Assembly: GCA_977020255.1 (NCBI GenBank)
Contig: CDROCS010003045.1
Coordinates: forward strand, 1 to 60,180
From: Obrimoposthia wandeli
Taxonomy: Eukaryota
Length of the DNA stretch: 60,180 bases
Reading direction: 5' to 3'
Part shown: positions 12,341-24,700 of the stretch, piece by piece
Layout: each line of letters opens with the position of its first letter
Position numbering within the stretch: the stretch's first letter is position 1
The notes under the pieces: generated by a model
Told to the model about the DNA's origin: nothing
The model's database searches: none
What the model saw: only the letters and a program-made list of their open reading frames with translations
Made by a program: the position numbers and the translations under genes

Positions 12341-13595
12341 TCCCTAATTAAGGAAAGTTCTTAATTAATTCCTTAATTAATTAATTCTTATTTTAATTTT
12401 TTTTATATATATATATATTTTTAATTTTAAAATAAATATTTATAAGATATTCCCAACATATATATATATATATATTTAAATTACAATCATAAAATAATGT
12501 AATTTTAAAATTAATAAATGTTTAAGATATTTAACTTAGAGTTATAATAATTAGGTTTGTATATACATTTGTTTAAATACATCAAAAGGATAATATAAAA
12601 ATCGCGGTAATTTAAAAATATGTTATAATTTATTACTTTACTGACTTTTATCAAAATTTAAGTTATTAAAATCTAAAGGGTGTGTTTAAAGCATAAATTG
12701 TAACAACAACAAAAGTACAAGTGAGTTAATATCTTGTAATATTCTATCATTTTTAACATTTGTATTTTAGTAATTATTAGTTAAACTTGAAGTATTCTTT
12801 TTTAAATAAATTATTTATATTTTAAAAATATCAAATAGTACTTGTTAATATGAATTGCATTGCGTTTGAAACTATTTTCGTCATTGTTTTAATATATTAA
12901 TTGTAATTAATTTGTATTTATTTTCTAAAGTTACAGTCAGATTATAGAATAATGATATTAGTCTGTCGGATATACATCAATGGATTCGATGAATAACATG
13001 TGGTAAGATGAATATTTATCAAATTATTAATTATTTTATAATTAACATTATGTTTAAAATCAAATTTGTTTAATTAAATCAAACAAATGATAAAAAATTT
13101 GGCAAAAATTTAAATTAAAAAAATATTTTTATTTTAGAAAATTACAAGTATTTTTCTCCAGGACCCATTAAAGTATGCATGACATGTAATTTAAGTTATT
13201 TAAAGAAATTTTACCATAATTCTTTAGATGCGTAAGCCTGGGAAAAACTTTGATATAAATTTTCACATAGAATAGTGTGTGTATTATTACGTAATACATT
13301 AAAATTTGTTAAATTTAATATCTAACAAATTAAATTGGCACAAATTTTAATTATTATTTTGAAGAAAACAAAATTACAAGTATTGTTCTGAAATAACTTT
13401 TAATGATTAGAAGAAATTCTAAAATACTTCATAATTTACTTGATTAGTATGAAAATAGATTCAAAAATAATCATGTGTACGTACTCAATATGTGATAAAC
13501 TAATAAAAGCTTTGAAAAATAACAAATATATTTTAAAATCTACTGAAAACTGGATAAATATAATTTATACTTTGTATATTATTAATTCAGTAATT

Positions 13596-14050
13596 TTACT
13601 CAAAAAAATACACGTTTAATTTTGAATTATATCTACGCATGGTCGTTGTTTTCAGTTCATATTGTTGGAGTTTCAGATAAAGTCTAGGATCATCTTCCAG
13701 GGCTTTAACGTCAGTTCTATAAGAGTAGAACTTACACTGGCCTATCCTGGTCGAGATTTCAGAAATAACTATATTGTCTCGTATTTTGTATGAGTGGTGC
13801 GTGCCTTGTTGTATGTACAATGAACGTAAATGAATCAAAACTATATGGCTTTGTGTTCGGTAGGTTAGGCTGATATGAGAGACTTGAAAACAATTGTCTG
13901 GGTATATATATATGTATATTGATAGCAGCTTTGACAAAGGATAGTCGATTCTTCACATAAAGTAGATCTAATTCGTTAATTACAACTGAAATTGAGAACT
14001 TATAATTCAATGCACTCAATATGAAAATCAACAAATATTACGCTAGCTTC
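13596..14050 (-). mobile_element. Possible Penelope-like RT relic
   Basis: Degenerate ELDLLYVKN and LTYRTQSHIVLIHLRS resemble the PLE motifs FLD.l.r and YRKpt.t..ylhf.S. Weak. Confidence 0.28.
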
Positions 14051-14649
14051 TACCACAACCTTAGAGTAATTTATGACAAGTGTTGACTTAACTGAGGTGA
14101 ATGTAAACTTAACCTTATATAGTTTGATCATTCTAGTTCGTGATTTCTTAATATGCTTATGCTAGTGTGTTAGGGTGTCTTACATCTTTTAAGAGGGTCT
14201 GATTTGTTCCAGTAAATAGCCTCTTGTTAAGTTGGGTTGTTTTATCAGTGTCCTGTTCAGTGTCCCGGTTTTTGTATCTGTTTTCAATATAGATAAGATA
14301 TAAAAACTATATTCATTGTAAAGCACATGCAGGTACTAATATTCCCAATAGCAATACACCGTAAGGAGTCTTCTACTTCATGCAGGACCGATGAATCTCC
14401 AGGGAGATTCTTTATGTAATACACTGTTTATGGTTTTCCAGGATGTGACTGCATTTTCTGACTATTTCCAAAAGTATTTGAAAGGTAAATATTATATTTT
14501 CTGGTATTTCAATTTCTTCCAAAAAGTAATGGCAAGACATTTTAATTGGGTAATTTATTTTATAATACATACATCCACTTTTCAATCCTCTCCAACTTGT
14601 CGGCAGTCAGAGCATATACTCGATCAAGTATTGTATTCACAGTTTCTGA

Positions 14650-15350
14650 AACTCCACGTAATCTAAAGCTATTCCATTGGGCACAAGTATGTTCTAGGAC
14701 TTTGCGATTCGTATTTTAATCTTCTTTCTTTCTGCAGCTGAATATTTGTAAGCCTGGAAAAGTTGGTTGCTGTCGGTATTCTATAACCTGAAGGTCCCTT
14801 CTCTAATGACATAGAGTTCTACTATTTTGTCACTATTATCTTTCCGTGTAGTCTGGACTAGATTATGATATTTGTCCTTTGCTTTTGCTGTAACTATTAT
14901 TTTGACTCATATTACTGTTAAAAGTTCAGTCTTGCTCACTGAATATTGCTACTGTCATCCATAACCGTAGTAGTTTTCTCCATGGCAATAGTATCTCCGT
15001 CATTTAGGACAAGTTTAAGTGAAGGCTTATACTTCTCGAACTACCATATCGTATCTATGTAATGTCCAGTGGAGCATTTTATAGCATCCTACTATAGCAT
15101 GGAATACAGTCTTGGGTGATGGTTTTTTATTTATTTTACACCCATATCGGCAACAATTTAGACTTTCATTTACGGCTTGGGTCAGGCAACTCCAAAAGTC
15201 TCTGATCTTCGGGATTCGTTTTTTACTAATGATATTAGTTCAAGTCTAAAGGTTTGTTGTAATCCTCCCCCGATCTGCGTTTGCCGTTTAGAAGACTTGG
15301 ATTATAGCCTTGATACTTAGGATACCGAATCCTCCATGATCTTTATGTTT
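14650..15350 (-). mobile_element. 3' part of a non-LTR retrotransposon with restriction-like endonuclease (R2/R4/NeSL-like), degenerate
   Basis: HGGFGILSI, CCRYGC...HH...GC, HRYDMVV and KAKDKYHNLV resemble the GGxG, CCHC, RHD and K..KY..L motifs. Confidence 0.4.
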
Positions 15351-15639
15351 TATTAGCATTTTCCTTAATATTTATTTAAAAAAATGTTACTTTAATATTT
15401 TATTTAAAAAAACTTGTTAAATTAAAATTTGTTAAATTAAAATTTGTTTAATTAAATCAATAGAAACCATAAAAAATTTTGCACAAATTTAAAATATATT
15501 ATTTTTTGAAATTATAAGTATTTTTATTTTTTACCAGAACCTCTTAAAGTATGCATGACCTTAAAGGTATCTTTGAACTCAATTTTCATAGGCAAATACA
15601 ACCATGTAATAAAATTATCATGTTTGTTCCTAATCTGAC

Positions 15640-16408
15640 CCTTAACTTTCGAACGACGATAAAATTAACATTATTAAACTCATAATAGATTGACAAATAC
15701 AACCATGTACTTGAAACTATGAAATTCCAATTTTTTTTAACCCTTCATCTATAGACAACCATATCTATATGGATGAATTCGTCTTCTAAAGATGATTACA
15801 ACCATGTATTCAAACCTTGACATTTAAAACTTGATTTTGTCTTTAGCCTGACTCTTTGATTTATGGACGACCATACTTTATGTGGTGAATTTTACCTTCT
15901 AAAGATGATTCCAACCATGTACTAAAACCTTGATATTTAAAAACTTGATTTTGTTTTTAGCCCGACCCTTGATTTATGGACGTCCATGACCCTTTAGATG
16001 TGATGGACAACCATATAGCTTGACCTTTAATTATACCTTCCAAACCTTCAAGTCAAAACTGACCTTAATCTTGAACCTTTGATCTATGGACGACCATGAC
16101 CCTTTAGGATATGTTGGTTGACCATAGACGGTCATGACCATACCTTAAAACCTTCAAGTCAAAACTGACCTGACTTATTCCTTGATCTATGGACGACCAC
16201 AACCCCTTTGGGTATGTTGGCCGACCATAGACGGTTACGATTTCATACCTTCAAACCTTTATAACCTTTCTGAGCCAGACCCGTATGGTGTGGCCAGACA
16301 CCCCTATGGCGAGGCAACATATACCCCTATATGGTGTGACATCCCTATGGTGTGACACACTTTAACATGGTGCACAAGGGGGACCCTCCTCCGAAAGTGG
16401 TCTAGACT
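15640..16408. repeat. Degenerate ~105-120-bp tandem units plus short CCCTATGG repeats; possible TE terminus
   Basis: Repeated CTTCTAAAGATGATT.CAACCATGTA, GATTTATGGACG.CCAT and AAACCTTCAAGTCAAAACTGACCT; ends GGTCTAGACT. Confidence 0.6.
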
Positions 16409-17037
16409 CCATCAAAGTACCTACTTTTCTTAAGTGTCATATTGACCACAGATAATTAATATCGATATAGCAACTTTCAATACTTCTTATGCATAGTCAT
16501 ATTTTTAAAATAATTGTCATTTAAATGTTTAGGTTTACAAAAAATGGTTTGATTAGATTATACAAAAATAGTAAAAATATTGAATGAAAAATACTATTAA
16601 TTCAGACCAAAGATTAAAAAAGTCTTCTTTCATTTCAAAGCTTCCCGATTAGTGAGACACTAAATTTGTTTCTAGAAATGTTTTTAAAAAATCCATAAAT
16701 ATGTCGATGACCCACCTTGAAATGTCTATTGTATTTCTATTTATGAGATAAAATCAGGCTGAAAGTTGTCGAAATACTTTGTACAAGAAACAAGGCCTAT
16801 CGATCAGTTACAGTGCCTTTTTGGTTATTTCTTTTGGACCGACATTTTGAAATACCGTCTATATTATTTTTCCTTGATCGAATCAGATCTAGCTTTTAAT
16901 CGATCGGTTCCGTTTCTGCCGTTCATTAAGTCATAAATATTTTTAAAAAAAATTTAAATAAAGAAAAAAGAAGTATATATTTTGTTAGTTTAATAAAAAT
17001 AAAATATAAATTTATCAATAAATTTCGTAATTAAAAG

Positions 17038-17184
17038 TATTGTCGCTATCTGAACAACATCAACGCTTCATTTGCCAGTGGCGGCTTCCAAATCTTGCCA
17101 GAGGTTTTCTTACGAAGTTGTCGTGTAGCACAAATTGTCAATTATCTTTCCCGTTTTCGTTTTGGCTTCCAAATACATTCCTAA
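17038..17184 (+). other. Probable exon of an unidentified host gene
   Basis: GC-richer island after an AG; open frame YCRYLNNINASFASGGFQILPEVFLRSCRVAQIVNYLSRFRFGFQIHS*. Product not recognised and strand not certain. Confidence 0.25.
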
Positions 17185-18732
17185 ATCAAATCTCCATTAA
17201 AAACATAAAAATACAATGCCAAATCAGTTCCCTAAGCCACGATTTATATTAACAAGAGATAATCTTGAGCTATTTTGGACTACGTTTATTATTATACAAG
17301 ATATGTTCTAATTAGAATAAAATCCTGATAGAATTTATTAATCACAGTTCAACTTTATCTATTTTTAATTCATGTGATCTTCGACTTTTATCGTTAAAAG
17401 ACGGTATTGACTGACTGATGGTATGATAAGTATTATAGTAACTATTAGATAGAACTAAATATTAATTGTTCATATTTAAAATGTTAATTTTCGATTAGTA
17501 CCAAATTTATGGGAACACTAAATATAGAACAGACTGGTCTACACAATATGTAATTATCATGTATTTTATAAAGTGAGCCAGATTGAAATAATGGCCTTCT
17601 TCTATACTCAACGATTAAGAATCATGCTTCTGTTTTCACATACTTACTTTATATTACATTTTCTGACACAACCTGAACCTACACTAAAGAGATTTGGCAG
17701 GCAAGATATTTTTCCGTTCAAAAAGATGTAAAAGAGTAAAAGACCATGCATGTTAAACAAATCTCAAAATGGTATTCTGGTTAAATAAGAAAGTTTGTCG
17801 AGAATAAAATCTGGATTCAGTTCTTCTAAATAATCTAATAATCTTACAGGAACAAAATAACGAGACTTTAACCCAACCAAAAACCACTGATACAGCTGAA
17901 ATAGTATTGAAGAACCAATCAGTTTCTTCGGGGATACAATTTTCTTTTATAAAAGGGTAAATTTTGTTTCTTGTCTAGGTCGGGAATTTTTCTAGTCGAG
18001 CCTCTGGATGGCGTGTATGTCAAATATTTATACTTCTATTTAGTAATATATATATTTTTCATATTGAAATTAGATTTGGTAATTTATTTGACTGAAGATA
18101 ATCGGGATGAAAAATGTCAAATACTCTCGCCACACCCAATTTCCCATGCCGTCTTTTACAGTGTAATTACTTTCTCTGTATCGTGTATAAGAGAACTAAT
18201 TGAAAAGGATTTTTTTGTATATATATATGCCCAGGTTATTTGTGAGAATTTACAGTAATAACGACCCATACAAGACAATTGATCATCCAATTTATTTTAA
18301 TGTTTTACAAGTTCTGTAATTAAAAAAAATGAAATAATTTCAAACACACATACACACCTATTGCTTCATGAGGGGGCAGAGATATTTGTCTGAAATAATC
18401 GTCGCCTTCCAGCGTTAGTTTTTCTTTTATTTTCTGAGCAATAATCTGAAAGAAAATTGATTAAAAATCCTTTTAATATCTAAATAAAGTAAATACTCAT
18501 TCAAAAAGTGATTCTTAACACAAACCTTCATTGACGTAGTTGGCATTTTAAAAGCATTCACACATTACTGTCATTTTGATTAGAAATCAGATTCTGGGAG
18601 CCAGATGGATTTGAAGATATTGAAGATAACTCAAATTTACATAAATATGCTTTTACTCTCTATTTCACCCTAAAAATAATGCAAAGACTGAAAGTTGTAA
18701 TACCTCATAAATTTCGTTGTAAAACAAGCGAC

Positions 18733-19041
18733 TTTTAGATCGACTTCTTATTAATGTCTCAGACAGTAAAGGCATTATTAATGTATAATTAATTATTGAA
18801 AAATCAATACTGTCTGAGACTGCTTGGCAGTCAATGATGACAAAAGGATTTAAAAAGTTTGAAGATTTATTGCCAAGGATTTAGAATTTAAATTTGAAGA
18901 AGTTATGGATTGATATCAGAAAATCAAATCAAAAGGTTTGTAAAGTTTTCTAGAAAAGTTGGTAAAGGTTTTATATTAATAAAAAGATTTTAGAAGTGAT
19001 GCGTTTATGATAATTATATTCCGATGTCCGTTTACGAAACA
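18733..19041 (+). repeat. 5' LTR of BEL/Pao element
   Basis: Near-identical to 25689-26012; ends GAAACA. Confidence 0.92.
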
Positions 19042-19042
19042 A

Positions 19043-19053
19043 TGGTAGCAGAG
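19043..19053 (+). promoter_or_regulatory. PBS complementary to initiator tRNA-Met
   Basis: TGGTAGCAGAG 1 nt after the LTR; complement of the animal tRNA-iMet 3' end CUCUGCUACCA. Confidence 0.88.
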
Positions 19054-19093
19054 TGTATAACGAGGATATCGATAAGAAAAAAAAGAAGCATGC

Positions 19094-20600
19094 TTGATTT
19101 ATGTTGTCGTGTTTCATCCAGAAACTTATGAGATGAGCACTAAGAATCTACGATTTCTGCAAAATGCTACAGGACACTATTATGGAAGGTTTGGAAAATA
19201 CTTTAATGACAAAATTGATAAGGTAAACTTCAATATCCTTAAAATGAAAATGATTAGAGCACCAACAGCAACAGTAATCAGACTGATAGTTGCAGATAGT
19301 TGTGATACCTTCAGTGATAATTTTTTATTTGATTTTGATGTTAAATTTTGTGATATTAAATTAAATAAAAAATCTTGTTCCTATAGTTCCTGTGCTTTAG
19401 AACAACCAGGCGATAAGCGGGGGTTCTGGAGCATAAGGACACAAAATAAAATGATAAAGAGGATAAACATCCTCCTCCCTCTAATATTTTGATTGTTGGG
19501 GATAGAGTCCGACTTATGGAACACACGAAGTGTATTAAAGCTAGAAATGAACGGGAAAAGGTAAAATATATAGGGGTGAACGTGATAGATGATGTGAAGA
19601 GCGGGGGACTAAGATAGGAACAGTTTTGGCTTCAGAAGCATGGGGAGAGGTTAGAGGAGAATGACTTGGTAGAAGAAGGGGATCAGATCAGAGTAATGTT
19701 TAAATTACTAGGGGGAATGAAGAAAGAAGAAGTAGAGGAAACAGGAACAACATTTTCAGAATTAATACTAAGATTAGTAAGTCAACAAGAAAAGGGTGAA
19801 GTGTTGAAAGCACTAAATAAAGTGCACTATAAGAATAGAGAAGCAAGGGAGATATTCAGGGCGTTACCACGAATTATTATAAAAAGAAAGCTAAACATCT
19901 AAGAAATAAATTAATAAAGAAAGCGAATGCGGCACGAAGGCTAGGACAGGAAAATTGGAGGAACAAGAAGATTTCAATGTGCAGATTAATGGAGCTATAA
20001 AGGATGTCTGGATAATGGGAAGCGAGAACACCATCAGACATGTAAAACAGAAGATAGATGCAGTCATAAAAGGAGAGAGTTTTACAATAAAAATAAATAC
20101 AGTTTTTTATTCGGATGGGATCTTAGATCAATGTCTGATCTCAGAAGGTTTGAAAGTGAAAGTGATTAAAACATTGGTAATAAGTACAGAAAAGGATGAT
20201 GCAGAGTCTATCGCAGCGACAGAAATATTTGATAAGGAGTTAGACTGGGAAAGTTGCGATGAAGATGGCAAAATAAATACTTCGTGGTATGTTTTGTTTT
20301 TAACGGGTCAGAGATAATAGTTGAATTAAGTATAAACCATTCGGGTGGTAAAGCCAGTAGGGAGGTAGAAAAACGGTTAAAATTAAAGGAGGGGAAATTT
20401 TGGCTACATAGAGAAGGAAAAAGGTACATAAGGAAAATATAAGAATTTATAAATGACAAGATATACGTCATACGCCTAAAAGGAGGGTCTGAAATTGAGG
20501 AAAAGGAAATAACCAGGTGTGACTTCAATATTGCGATAAACAATTTCTTGCCTGGAAGATGATAAGAAAAAGAAAAAAGAAAAGCAGAATATCTATGAAG
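19094..20600 (+). pseudogene. Pre-Gag region with three ubiquitin-like domains (19532-19716, 19970-20179, 20281-20487)
   Basis: QFWLQKHGERLEENDLVEEGDQIRVMFKLLGG; FNVQING..ENTIRHVKQKI..LDQCLISEGLKVKVI; FVVCFVFNGSEIIVELSINH..FWLHREGK..KIYVIRLKGG. Confidence 0.7.
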
Positions 20601-20602
20601 AA

Positions 20603-21720
20603 ATGTATAGGTCATTAAGTGAAATCTATGAGAAAAAGATAGAGACGGCGTTTCAAGAGTATGACAGCAGAAAAGAAGAAAGATGGGTTAGCGAGCAGAA
20701 GAAGATGGAAAACAAATTCGATGAAATACAAGGGAAAGTATGGGAAAGGACAGAGGACACGAAGCGAAAGCTCAATGGTAAGATAGGGCCAAGGAAACAA
20801 AGGTATAAGTCAGTTGAAGAAAATTCAGCTCCCAATTTTTAGAGGAGAAGTACAAAAGTACGAAAACTGGCGAGCTATATTTAACAGAGTGATCGACCAG
20901 TCAACGGTGGATAAAGAAGAGAAAATGCTGCATCTACTGCAATATGTGGACAGAGAACCATTAAGGTTAATTGATAGCTTGGGATACTCAGCAGAAAGCT
21001 ATGATGAACCGCTGAAGATATTGTCATTAAGATACGGAGGGACGGACAGGAATTATATACAGTTGATGGAAAAGGTGGAAAGGTTCAGGTAAATAAGGTG
21101 GAACAACTATCGGGATTTGGATATGTATAGCCAACTATTACAAAAGTAACCGTACGAGCACGAGCACTAGGAAAATAGGAGGAATTAGGGGAGGTTTTCT
21201 ATGTGAAAAATTGCTACAGAAACTACCAATGTTAGGAACAGCAGCATGGTCAAAATGGTTAGAAGCAGGAGATATACAAAAGAGTATAATAAATTTAGAA
21301 GAATGGATACAACAAAAGGCCGAAAGTTGGCGAATAGCCGAGGAAATAGCGAGTTGCAGCAGAGAAGCACCAAAATATAAAAATAATGAAAGAGCAAAAA
21401 CCTTCGTAGAAGCGGTAAAGCAAAATGATAGAATGATCTCTGGACAATTTCAAAGGAAGGGGAGAAAGATGATAAAGTGTCTAAGGTATAAGAAGGAGCA
21501 TTACACAGACCAATGTAAAGAATTGCAGAGATTATCCCTAGCAGAGAGACGCTGGTGGGTTGAAAAGGAAAGTTTATGTAGAAATTGTCTGCGAAATAAT
21601 CATTACGTAAAACAATGCAAGGTGGATAAGTTGTGTAAAATGAGGAATCGCACCGAAAAACACGATTGGATATTGCATGTGGATGAAGAGCGTAGTAATC
21701 AGACGTGCCCACAATCCTAC
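20603..21720 (+). pseudogene. gag: BEL/Pao Gag (coiled coil, DUF1759-type region, three Cys-His motifs)
   Basis: LPIFRGEVQKYENW..FNRVID..EKMLHLLQY..LSLRYG; CLRYKKEHYTDQC, CRNCLRNNHYVKQC, CKMRNRTEKHDWILH. Confidence 0.9.
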
Positions 21721-24700
21721 TTAACAAGAGGGACAAGAGAAGAAACTACATTCTTGGCATTAAGAATCGTACCGGTTATGGTACGGCATAGAGGCCAAGA
21801 ATTGGTCAACGCCTTGTTAGATGATGCCAGCACACGCTCATATATTAGTAAGGATTTGTCACGAACGCTAAGAGTGTCAGGACAAAAACAAAATATTCGG
21901 GTGGAGATTATTGGAGGAAACGAGGAAACGATGGACTGTGCTGAAGTAAACATAGAATTAGAGAGCACGGATTGAAAATATGTGAAGCTAATCAACGCAT
22001 TAACAGTACCAGAGATTACCGGGGACTTAGAGGTAATAAATTGGTCAGTAAAAGCAAAAACGTGGAGGCATTTGGAGGGTATAAAATTCCCAGCGGTAAA
22101 TGTAAAGAGAAAAGTTGAATTATTACTGGGTGCGGACAACCTCGAATTGCAGAGTGCCCTTAAAGAAGTGAGAGGAGGACCAGTTGCACTGATAGAAAAA
22201 TTGACATCGTTGGGATGGACTTGTATTGGTCAGGTTAGAGGAGCTAATATAGGTAGACAACACACGAATTTGGCTCACACCTATTTTGGAACCCAGATCG
22301 AAACGGAGGAATTTAATATAGGAAAATTCTGGGAAGTAGAAGCCGTACCAAATCTCCAAAGTAAGTAAAGTTATAACGACAAAAAGTTATTAAAAGAAAC
22401 ACGACTCGGAATTAAAGAAATTGAAGGAAGGTATGAAGTCAGCCTACTGTGTGGAAAAATCGTTTATGTTAGATGGGATGGTAAAATGGCGAACCAGCGA
22501 CAGAAGAGTTTGGAGAGAAGATTAGACAAGGACACGTGGTTAAGATCGGAGTACATGGCCGTCATCGAGAGCCATATCCAGAAAGGTTATATCAGGAAGG
22601 TACCCGAAGAAGAAGTAAAATGACAATGTGGTTGTGACCACATTTTCCGGTCGTCAAGCGATAAAAGGATACAATGAAGGTGCGAATAGTGTTTGATGCG
22701 GCGGCGAAGGTGCGAGGCACAAGTTTGAATGATTTAATTCATTGTTGGCCGAAGTTGCAAGGAGATTTAGTCACGATCTTATTAAGATTCAGAAAAAATG
22801 CTGTAGCATTAGTTTGTGATATATCAGAGATGTATCTACAGATAAAGATAAAACGTGGCTGAGATTTATATGGAAAGACCGCAAACAAGTAGACACATAC
22901 GAATTTAATCGGGTAGTTTTTGGGATCAATGCGTCACCATTCTTAGCACAATTAGGGACTCGAATAAACACTGAAAGGTTCGTGGGAGTATGAAATAGGG
23001 CTATCGAGACGATATTAAAGTCCACATACATGCATGACAGTTTGAATTCGGTACCGTCAGTCGAGGAGGCGATACAATTACAACAAGACCTACTGCAGGT
23101 ATGGGGCGGTGCGGGAATGAGTGCCAAAAAGTGGCTAAGTAGCAATCACCGAGTTAATCAACAAATCGCCACAGCAGATCAAGCGAAGGTCTTACAAATT
23201 GCGGATGGCGAAACGATGCAAAGTATAAAGACGTTAGGAGTGGCGTAGAACGCGCAGGTGGAAGGTTTTTGAGATGACGACGAATGTAGAGATGTTAACG
23301 ACCATTACAAAGAGGACATTTCTAAGTCTTCTGTCAAAAGTATTTGATCCATTAGGGTTTGCTGGTCCGATAGTAATACGGGCGAATTATTATGCAGGAG
23401 CTATGGCTTTCAGGAAGGAATAGGATGAGAAGTGGAATGGGGTATTAAAGAAGAGAAAAATCCATTGGGTAGAAGACGTAAAGTTACTGAATAAGGTTAA
23501 AGTTCCCCTTGAGATGGATACGGGCGGGAGTAGCTAGTAAATGTTCGATACATATATTTGTAGACGCTTCTGAGCAGGCATATGGAGCAGTAGATTACTT
23601 GAGAAATGAAGAAGCGGAAAAATAGTAGTAAGTTTCATAGCGTCAAAAACAAAAGTTGCGCCTTTAAAAGTAAAAAGTATACCGCGTTTAGAGTTATTAG
23701 CTGCAGATGTCGGTTTTAAATTGGCAAAGGTACTCACGAGTGCGCTAGACTTAAAGTTAAAAGAGGTAAAGTTTTGGCTCGACAGTCTGAACGTACTGTG
23801 GTGGATACGCCAGCCAGGGCGGTATTATAATGCATTTGTTGCTAATCGCGTAGAACTTATAATGGAGGACACAAGTATAGCTCAGTGGAGGCATGTACCC
23901 ACAAAGTTAAACCCAACGGATATATTGTCAAGAAGAGTCGAGGTTCATCGACTGAGCCAAGATAAATTATGGTGGGAAGGTCCCGAGTTCTTATTAGGCT
24001 CAGAGACAGCGTGGCCGAAGCAATCAACACAAGGAGAAATGTCAACAGAAGTTGAAAATAAAAGAAAAGTGATAGTGACACATGTTACGCAGAAGATCGA
24101 TGGGTTCGACATAAGCAAGTATTCGACATTAGTAAGATTACAAAGATGCATGGCGTGGATAATACGCTTCACAACCAACGCACAGTTAGATCGAGATAGA
24201 CGATTATTGAAGGAACTGGAGATCACAGAGATCCAAACAGCCACAAAGCGGTTGGTAAAAGATGAGCAAAGAAGATATTATCAGGAGTATTATAAAAGGT
24301 TAGAACAACAGAAGCCGATAGAGAATAACAGTGGACTAATTAAATTGAATCCATGGATAGATCTAGATGGAATAATCTTGGCAAATACAAGAATTATCCA
24401 TGCACAATTTTTGGATTATCAAGCTAAGTATCCGATTATATTACCCTACGAAAGTTGGATCACAAAATTGATAGTAGAAGCCCAAAACAGGAAGTTGCAT
24501 CATTATGCAGGCGTGCAGCATGTATTGAGTGAGATCAACAAGCAATATTGGATCCCAAAAGCAAGACGATTAGTAAGAAGCGTAGAAATCAAATGTGTGA
24601 CCTGCTAAAAGAGTAAGTCGGGTGGAATGTCAGCGGCAATGGCTCCATTACCGTATTTTCGTTTTGAAGAACTACTCAGGGCATTTGCGAACGTTGGAGT

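Noticed and set aside
14357-14410. Hammerhead ribozyme (CCGATGA + stem)
   Set aside because: The core is not CUGAUGA and the required GAAA after stem II is missing in both orientations; kept only as an unexplained hairpin motif.
21185-21736. 183-aa minus-strand ORF and other antisense ORFs over BEL gag-pol
   Set aside because: Antisense to clear gag/pol motifs; no independent homology signal.
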